Shown one piece after another: positions 59,038 to 64,000 of a stretch of DNA of 64,000 nucleotides. Each line of letters starts with the position of its first letter. Position 1 is the first letter of the stretch. The DNA is from Thermoanaerobaculia bacterium (GTDB lineage: Bacteria; Acidobacteriota; Thermoanaerobaculia; Multivoradales; JAGPDF01). A model generated the notes under the pieces. The model was not told the DNA's origin and made no database searches. It saw only the letters and a list, made by a program, of their open reading frames with translations. The stretch lies in contig DASWJT010000008.1 in the NCBI GenBank assembly GCA_036397015.1, forward strand, positions 21,074-85,073. Reading direction: 5' to 3'. The translations under genes were made by a program, and so were the position numbers.

Positions 59038-60350
59038 GCGGGCACCTTCGCGCGCTTCTGGTCGAGCATCTGGAAATAGCTCTCGAGGCGGTTCTTCAGG
59101 TTGGCCGCCGAGAAGTAGCGCGGATCGACGAGGTCGCTCTCGATGAAGCCTCCCGGTTTGCCGGTGCGGCTCTCGATCTCGCGCAGCATGGCGAGTTGTC
59201 CGGCCGAGAACGAGTTGCAGCTCTTGATCGAGTGGATGAGCACGCCGTCGGCGGCGTACTCCTCGACGTAGCGGCAGATGAGGTCGACGCGCGACGGCAG
59301 GCTCAGGTTGGTGTAGCAGCCCATGCAGTAGTCGGCGAGCGTCTCGAGCGGGTGGTCGGGATCGTGGCGGAAGCCGGTGTCGTAGACGCCGCCAACCTTG
59401 GAGTAGGTCGAGGCGACGGCGACCGCCCCCTCGTCGGCGAACATGCGCCAGAACTCGTGGAAGTGGGTCCAGTTGGGCGGCCCCTCGACGACCAGCCGGA
59501 AGCGCTCCTCGGCGAGCTGGCCGTCGGGGGTGACCGGACCGAGGCCGGCGCGCAGCCGCTCCTCGATCTCCTGCCAGAGCTCCTGATAGTAGAGGCAGGC
59601 GTCCTCGCTGCCGCGGAAGGCGGAGAAGATCGGCCCGACGTAGTAGACCGCACCGAAGTACGAGTCGATCGGCGACGGCCGTTGCTTCGCCGAGTGCAGC
59701 ACGCGGACGAGGTCGTCCTCGGCGCGGGCGGAGCGCGCCAGCATCTCCTTCAGGCGATCCTCGTCGTACTCGCGGCCCGAGATCCGCTCCAGCTCGGGGA
59801 TCACCTTGTCGCGCAGCTGGGCGACGACGTAGCGGCGCATCGAGTCGGTGATCCGTCCCTCGGCCTGGTACGGCACGTGGAGCATGACGATCGGCGCCCG
59901 GTACTCCTGGCGCAGGATCTCGAACCACTTGAGGAAGGTGAAGCAGCCCGTGTAGGAGAGCAGCAGCAGGTCGGGCTCGGGCAGCCGCTCGCCGGTCGGG
60001 CCGACGTTGCCCGACTTGAGCATGCCGTAGTCGGCCTTGACGTAGGTGCAGACGTCCTCCGACTGGCCGGCCTTCTCGGCGATCGAGATGTACTCCTTGG
60101 TGCGGCCGCGCATCGCCGACTGCAGAGCGTTGATCTCGGGCAGTACCGGCAGCAGGTCGAAGCTGCGCAGGAGCTCGGTCAGGTTGCCGGGCACGAAGGT
60201 GTAGACGCTCCTCTCGCCGCTCTCGGGCGCGTGCGCCAGGCGCGTGTAGTGCTCGGCGATCATCCGTTTCTGGCGGAGCTGCGAGCGGTCTTTCTGCGCC
60301 TTGCCGGCGCTCGGGTGCCGAGCGACATCGGGAGGGGCGGTGGTCGTCAC
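59034..60350 (-). CDS. bcrB: Benzoyl-CoA reductase subunit B-like (HgdA/HgdB/BcrBC family)
   Basis: GTG 60350 in ORF 59034..61712 gives a 438-aa product. It contains ...YTFVPGNLTELL...EDVCTYVKADYG...YTGCFTFLKWFE...IHSIKSCNSFS. Confidence 0.75.
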   Translation of the reverse strand: MTTTAPPDVARHPSAGKAQKDRSQLRQKRMIAEHYTRLAHAPESGERSVYTFVPGNLTELLRSFDLLPVLPEINALQSAMRGRTKEYISIAEKAGQSEDVCTYVKADYGMLKSGNVGPTGERLPEPDLLLLSYTGCFTFLKWFEILRQEYRAPIVMLHVPYQAEGRITDSMRRYVVAQLRDKVIPELERISGREYDEDRLKEMLARSARAEDDLVRVLHSAKQRPSPIDSYFGAVYYVGPIFSAFRGSEDACLYYQELWQEIEERLRAGLGPVTPDGQLAEERFRLVVEGPPNWTHFHEFWRMFADEGAVAVASTYSKVGGVYDTGFRHDPDHPLETLADYCMGCYTNLSLPSRVDLICRYVEEYAADGVLIHSIKSCNSFSAGQLAMLREIESRTGKPGGFIESDLVDPRYFSAANLKNRLESYFQMLDQKRAKVPA

Positions 60351-61516
60351 GGCGTGCTCCACAGCTTGATCGAGTCGGCGAAGGTGCCGGCCTGCTCGCG
60401 GATGACCTGGAACTGGCCGGTGTTCTCGGCGTACTTGAAGGCGGTCCACGGCACGCCGATCGACTCCACCGCCGCGACCGCCATCGGCTGGTCGAGGAGC
60501 GCCGGGTCGCAGAAGCTCGGGGCGCAGAAGACGACGCCCTCGGCGCGGCAGGCGCGCGCGCGCTCGACCATCGCCTCCGACTTGCGGTCGTCGCCGCAGA
60601 AACGGGTGGGGTTCTCGACCGCGTCGTCGAGGAAGGCGCGCACCAGGTTGTCGAGCGGATCGCCGTCGAGCGGCACGTCGGAGCGGAAGAAGCGGTGCAC
60701 CAGCGCGAAGTCGTCGTCGACGATGTAGCAGCCCGAGCGCTCGATGGTCTTGATCAGGCCGAGCGGCGGCTGCTCGCAGAACGAGCCGACGACCAGCACG
60801 CGCGCCTGGTCCATCGGCCGCCGCGCCTCGTCGGACTCGACGGCGGCGCGGTAGTCGTCGATCAGGCGATCGAACTCGGCGAGCGGCAGCACCATGCCGG
60901 CGCGCTGGACGAGGTAGAGCTCCCAGGTCGGCACCTTCCACGGCTCCCGTTCGCGCAGGACGTGGAGCGCGCGCAGCTTGCGGCGGTTGGCGTTGTACGC
61001 AGCGAGGGCGGCGCGGAGCGCATCGGGGTCGTACGGTCTCGCTCCGCGCGCCTCGAGATCCGTGGCGAGCGACTCGAGCTCCTGCCGGAAGAAGACGCCG
61101 CCGATCCCGGGGTCGAAATTCTGCGGCACGTCGAGGTAGCGCACGAGCTTGTCGGGGAAGCGCATCTGCCAGACGCCCGAGAGGTTGCGGATGACGTCGC
61201 AGATGGCGGGGAAGAGCACGCCGTCGAGCACGTCGAGCTGCCCGCCCAGGCCCAGCTCGACGATCGAGCGCGGCAAGTGGCAGATGTAGGACTGATAGAA
61301 GGCGTCGCCGCGGATGATCTCGATCTCCTCGCCGCCGCCCATCAGACCGACCGGCAGCACGCCCTGGGCGGCGAGCAGCTCGCGCGGCGCCCAGATCGGC
61401 AGGTAGCCGACGGCGAGCCCGCCGGTCGCCCGCTTCCACGCGCGCACCGAGGCGAGGCCGATGTCGCGGTAGAGGCGCTCGGCTCGCTCCACGATCTCCC
61501 GCACGTTCTGGGTCAT
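60347..61516 (-). CDS. bcrC: Benzoyl-CoA reductase subunit C-like (HgdA/HgdB/BcrBC family)
   Basis: ATG 61516 in ORF 60347..61741 gives a 389-aa product. It contains ...VGYLPIWAPRELL...YQSYICHLPRS...FPAICDVIRN...VVFCAPSFCDPALL. Confidence 0.75.
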   Translation of the reverse strand: MTQNVREIVERAERLYRDIGLASVRAWKRATGGLAVGYLPIWAPRELLAAQGVLPVGLMGGGEEIEIIRGDAFYQSYICHLPRSIVELGLGGQLDVLDGVLFPAICDVIRNLSGVWQMRFPDKLVRYLDVPQNFDPGIGGVFFRQELESLATDLEARGARPYDPDALRAALAAYNANRRKLRALHVLREREPWKVPTWELYLVQRAGMVLPLAEFDRLIDDYRAAVESDEARRPMDQARVLVVGSFCEQPPLGLIKTIERSGCYIVDDDFALVHRFFRSDVPLDGDPLDNLVRAFLDDAVENPTRFCGDDRKSEAMVERARACRAEGVVFCAPSFCDPALLDQPMAVAAVESIGVPWTAFKYAENTGQFQVIREQAGTFADSIKLWSTP

Positions 61517-61989
61517 CGGCCCTCCGTCGGCAGCTCGAGCTCGAGCTGGGTGAACTCGCCCGCGGCGAAGCCGTGGGCGCGGAAGAAGGCGAGCACCGGC
61601 ACGTCGGCGCGCCGCACCATGGTGCGGATCTTCGTGATGCCAGCAGCGTGGAAGCGGCGGCACGCCTCGGCGAGGAGCGCCGAGCCGAGACCGCTGCGCT
61701 GCGCGTCCCCATCGACGCCGACGGCGAAGATCCAGCCGCACGGTTCAGATCCGAACTCGAAGGCGCGCACCTCGCCGAAGAGGAAGCCGGCGAGCCGGCC
61801 TTCGACTTCGGCGCCGAGGGCGACCCGGACGTGCTCGCGGCCGCCGGCGAGAAAGGCGTCGCGCACGCCGCGCCAGTAGTCGGGCAGCGCCGCGCCGCGA
61901 TGGCGGGAGTCGATCTCGACCACGCGGGCGAGGTCGGCCGGCACGATGTCGCGCAGGGTGGCGCGCGGGGCGACGGCGGCAGCGCTCAC
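61513..61989 (-). CDS. GNAT-family N-acetyltransferase embedded in the bcr operon (BadL-like candidate)
   Basis: GTG 61989 in ORF 61513..62523 gives a 158-aa product. It contains ...IFAVGVDGDAQRSGLGSALLAEACRRFHAAGI..., the acetyl-CoA binding Q/RxxGxG/A motif. It has 4-nt overlaps with both neighbours. Confidence 0.75.
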   Translation of the reverse strand: MSAAAVAPRATLRDIVPADLARVVEIDSRHRGAALPDYWRGVRDAFLAGGREHVRVALGAEVEGRLAGFLFGEVRAFEFGSEPCGWIFAVGVDGDAQRSGLGSALLAEACRRFHAAGITKIRTMVRRADVPVLAFFRAHGFAAGEFTQLELELPTEGR

Positions 61990-63098
61990 GCGCCGGCCCC
62001 CACCGGACGCAGCGGCGCCAGCATCGCCTCGACGAGCTCCTCGCTCCACGGCTCGCCGGCCGCCAAGCGCCGCCGCAGCTCGAGGAAGTCGACCTCGCGG
62101 CGGTCGCGGTCGCCCTCGTGGAAGGCGCGGAAGCCGAGGCGGCCCTCGGTCATCATGTTGAGTGCCAGCCAGGCGCGGTTCGACTCGCGGTTGCGGTTCC
62201 AGTGCTCGAGCTTGTGCTTGCGCACGCTCTCGAGCGTCTTCGCGAGACAGCCCGGCATGGTGTGGGCGAGCTTCCAGATCAGTCGGTCGACGGCGCGGTC
62301 GAGAGCCGAGAGGTCGACCGCGCCGCGCGCGAGGAGCGCCTTGCCGGCGGCGAGCTCCCCGCCGCGCTTGCGCTCGCCGTAGACGATGCGCCCGTCCTCG
62401 CCCATCCAGCGGTCGGTGACGACGAGCGGATTGGGCACCAGCTCGCCGTCGACGCGCAGCGCCGGCGCGATGTCGCTGAGCAGGCCGAACCGGTACGCCT
62501 GGTGCGCCGTCCACGGCTCGCACAGCGTCGAGCTCGCCATCGCCGCCTCGATGCCGACGAAGAGCGGCAGGAAATCGGTCGAGCCGCCGTCGGGCGCGGA
62601 GCCGTGGCGCGGCCCGGCCTGGCCGAAGCTGGCGAGGTCCTGCGCCAGCGAGAAGTCGCAGGCCATGCCGATCTCCTGCCCGCCGGCGATGCGCATGCCG
62701 TTGACGCGGCAGACGACCGGCTTGTCGCAGGTGAGGATGGCGCTGACCATGTCGTTGAACAGCCGCATGTACTGGCGGTACTCCTCGGGCCGGCCGGCGT
62801 AGTAGGTGGCGTACTCCTCGGTGTTGCCGCCGGCGCAGAAGGCGCGGTCGCCGGCGCCGGTGAAGACCACCGCGACCGCGGCGCGGTCGTTCGAGGCGCG
62901 GCGGAAGCCGAGGATCACGCCCTTGATCATCTCGGTGGTGTAGGAGTTGAGCTGACTCGGGTTGTCGAGCATCAGGCGGACGGCGTGCAGGCCGTCGAAA
63001 GTCTCGCCATCCGGCGAGCGCAGCGGCAGCCGCTCGTAGCGGACGCCGGCGTGATCGTTGGGCGGCGTGAGATCGTGGTCCTTGAAGTCGGGCGTCAT
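61986..63098 (-). CDS. oah: Crotonase-superfamily 6-oxocyclohex-1-ene-1-carbonyl-CoA hydrolase-like ring-cleaving enzyme (Oah/BamA type)
   Basis: ATG 63098 in ORF 61986..63944 gives a 370-aa product. It contains ...NPSQLNSYTTEMI...VFTGAGDRAFCAGGN...RIAGGQEIGMACDF.... The length, the crotonase motifs and the operon context fit Oah/BamA. Confidence 0.72.
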   Translation of the reverse strand: MTPDFKDHDLTPPNDHAGVRYERLPLRSPDGETFDGLHAVRLMLDNPSQLNSYTTEMIKGVILGFRRASNDRAAVAVVFTGAGDRAFCAGGNTEEYATYYAGRPEEYRQYMRLFNDMVSAILTCDKPVVCRVNGMRIAGGQEIGMACDFSLAQDLASFGQAGPRHGSAPDGGSTDFLPLFVGIEAAMASSTLCEPWTAHQAYRFGLLSDIAPALRVDGELVPNPLVVTDRWMGEDGRIVYGERKRGGELAAGKALLARGAVDLSALDRAVDRLIWKLAHTMPGCLAKTLESVRKHKLEHWNRNRESNRAWLALNMMTEGRLGFRAFHEGDRDRREVDFLELRRRLAAGEPWSEELVEAMLAPLRPVGAGA

Positions 63099-64000
63099 GA
63101 GGCGGTCTCCGGGACGAGGACGATGCGTCGGGCGGGCGCGGCGGAATGCAGCTCGGCGAAGGTCTGGTTGATCGAGGCGAGCGGCCGGCGCTCGACGAAC
63201 GGCTCGACCGCGACCTTGCCGGAGAGAACGAGCTCGGCGACGGCGGGATAGTGCTCCGGCAGGCAGGCCCAGTTGCCCTGCACGGTGGCGTCGAAGGCCA
63301 TCAGGTTGGAGAGGCGGAGCTCGACCGGTTTCGCCGTGTAACCGACGATCGAGAGGTAGCCGCCGTGGCGCAGCAGGCTCCACGCCGTCGCCTGGCCCGT
63401 CGGTGTGCCCGAGGTTTCGAAAACGAACTGGCGAAAGGTCGGGATGCCGCGGTACTTGGCGAAGCTCTGCACTGCGTCGCGCAGGCCGCGGACGTCGTGC
63501 GCTGTCACGTCGAGCGCGAGAGAGACGCCGAAGTCGCTCAGTCTCGCCAGCCTGCGGGCGTCGACGTCGAGAGCGACCACGGCGGCACCCATCGCAGCCG
63601 CCACCTGGACGCCGAAGCCGCCGACTCCGCCGCAGCCGACGAAGACGGCGAGGTCGCCAGCGCCGAGGCCGCTGCGCACGATCGCCTGATAGGGCGTCGA
63701 GACGGCGTCGGCGACGACGCTCAGCATCCACAGCGCGAGCCCGCGGGGATTCGTCGCCGGGTCGGCGAGCCGGGTCACCGGGCAGAGCCCTCGCGCCGGG
63801 ACGCGCACGTGGCTCGCGAAGCCGCCGTGCACGTCGTTGCCGGGGAAGATCTGCCGCGGGCAGATCTGGCCGCGGCCGGCGCGGCAGGCGGGACAGTCGC
63901 CGCACGGAATGACGGCGGGAACGACGACCTGGCGGCCGATCCAATCCTCGGCCCCCGGACCGGAGGTGACGACGGTGCCGGCGATCTCGTGGCCGAGAGT
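63095..64000 (-). CDS. had: Zinc-type medium-chain alcohol dehydrogenase (6-hydroxycyclohex-1-ene-1-carbonyl-CoA dehydrogenase-like), 5' end outside window
   Basis: ORF 63095..63832, extended by hand translation to the window edge, gives TLGHEIAGTVV...CGDCPACRAGRGQIC...GNDVHGGFAS. These are the catalytic and structural Zn motifs. The Rossmann motif is FVGCGGVGG. The stop overlaps the oah start (ATGA). Confidence 0.65.
   Translation of the reverse strand, partial: TLGHEIAGTVVTSGPGAEDWIGRQVVVPAVIPCGDCPACRAGRGQICPRQIFPGNDVHGGFASHVRVPARGLCPVTRLADPATNPRGLALWMLSVVADAVSTPYQAIVRSGLGAGDLAVFVGCGGVGGFGVQVAAAMGAAVVALDVDARRLARLSDFGVSLALDVTAHDVRGLRDAVQSFAKYRGIPTFRQFVFETSGTPTGQATAWSLLRHGGYLSIVGYTAKPVELRLSNLMAFDATVQGNWACLPEHYPAVAELVLSGKVAVEPFVERRPLASINQTFAELHSAAPARRIVLVPETAS

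Overview
High-GC (roughly 70% by eye), densely packed chromosomal segment from a diderm bacterium, inferred from the bamA-skp-lpxD-fabZ-lpxA block and lolCE/lolD. All coordinates were derived by hand and checked against the ORF-track frames. Many ORF-track entries are over-extended or are antisense shadow ORFs typical of high-GC DNA, so start codons are my best refinement and remain uncertain.

I can support about 61 protein genes, one tRNA-Arg(CCT), and no CRISPR array, IS element or prophage. Content is mostly housekeeping:
- aroC and aroB
- three class II aminoacyl-tRNA synthetases (hisS, aspS, lysS)
- ftsY, ribD/ribE, hemW
- nucleoside and purine salvage (hpt, punA, mtnP, surE, apt, deoA, guaA)
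- clpC, cinA/thpR, plsY/gpsA

There is also a c-di-GMP signalling neighbourhood: two GGDEF proteins, an orphan GspE/PilB ATPase and an HD-GYP protein. At the right end sits a tightly coupled anaerobic benzoyl-CoA degradation operon (had-oah-GNAT-bcrCBAD plus an Rrf2 regulator).

The most unusual signal is not a gene. It is a family of eight AT-rich copies of one nucleotide motif, approximately AAAG-GCTTCCATWGAAGGGG with a CTTC-N4-GAAG palindromic core. Full copies of the motif (core plus flanks) were seen only in or immediately downstream of the three class II aaRS genes, in different reading frames and on both strands. They are arranged as four convergent inverted-repeat pairs, and I could not match this to any element I know.

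Other points worth a second look:
- a serine-hydrolase/tandem-retropepsin fusion protein
- a Roadblock/LC7 gene translationally coupled to ftsY
- a GnnA-like oxidoreductase overlapping lpxA
- a dockerin-tailed SGNH hydrolase in a lower-GC patch
- a probable CTG start for deoA
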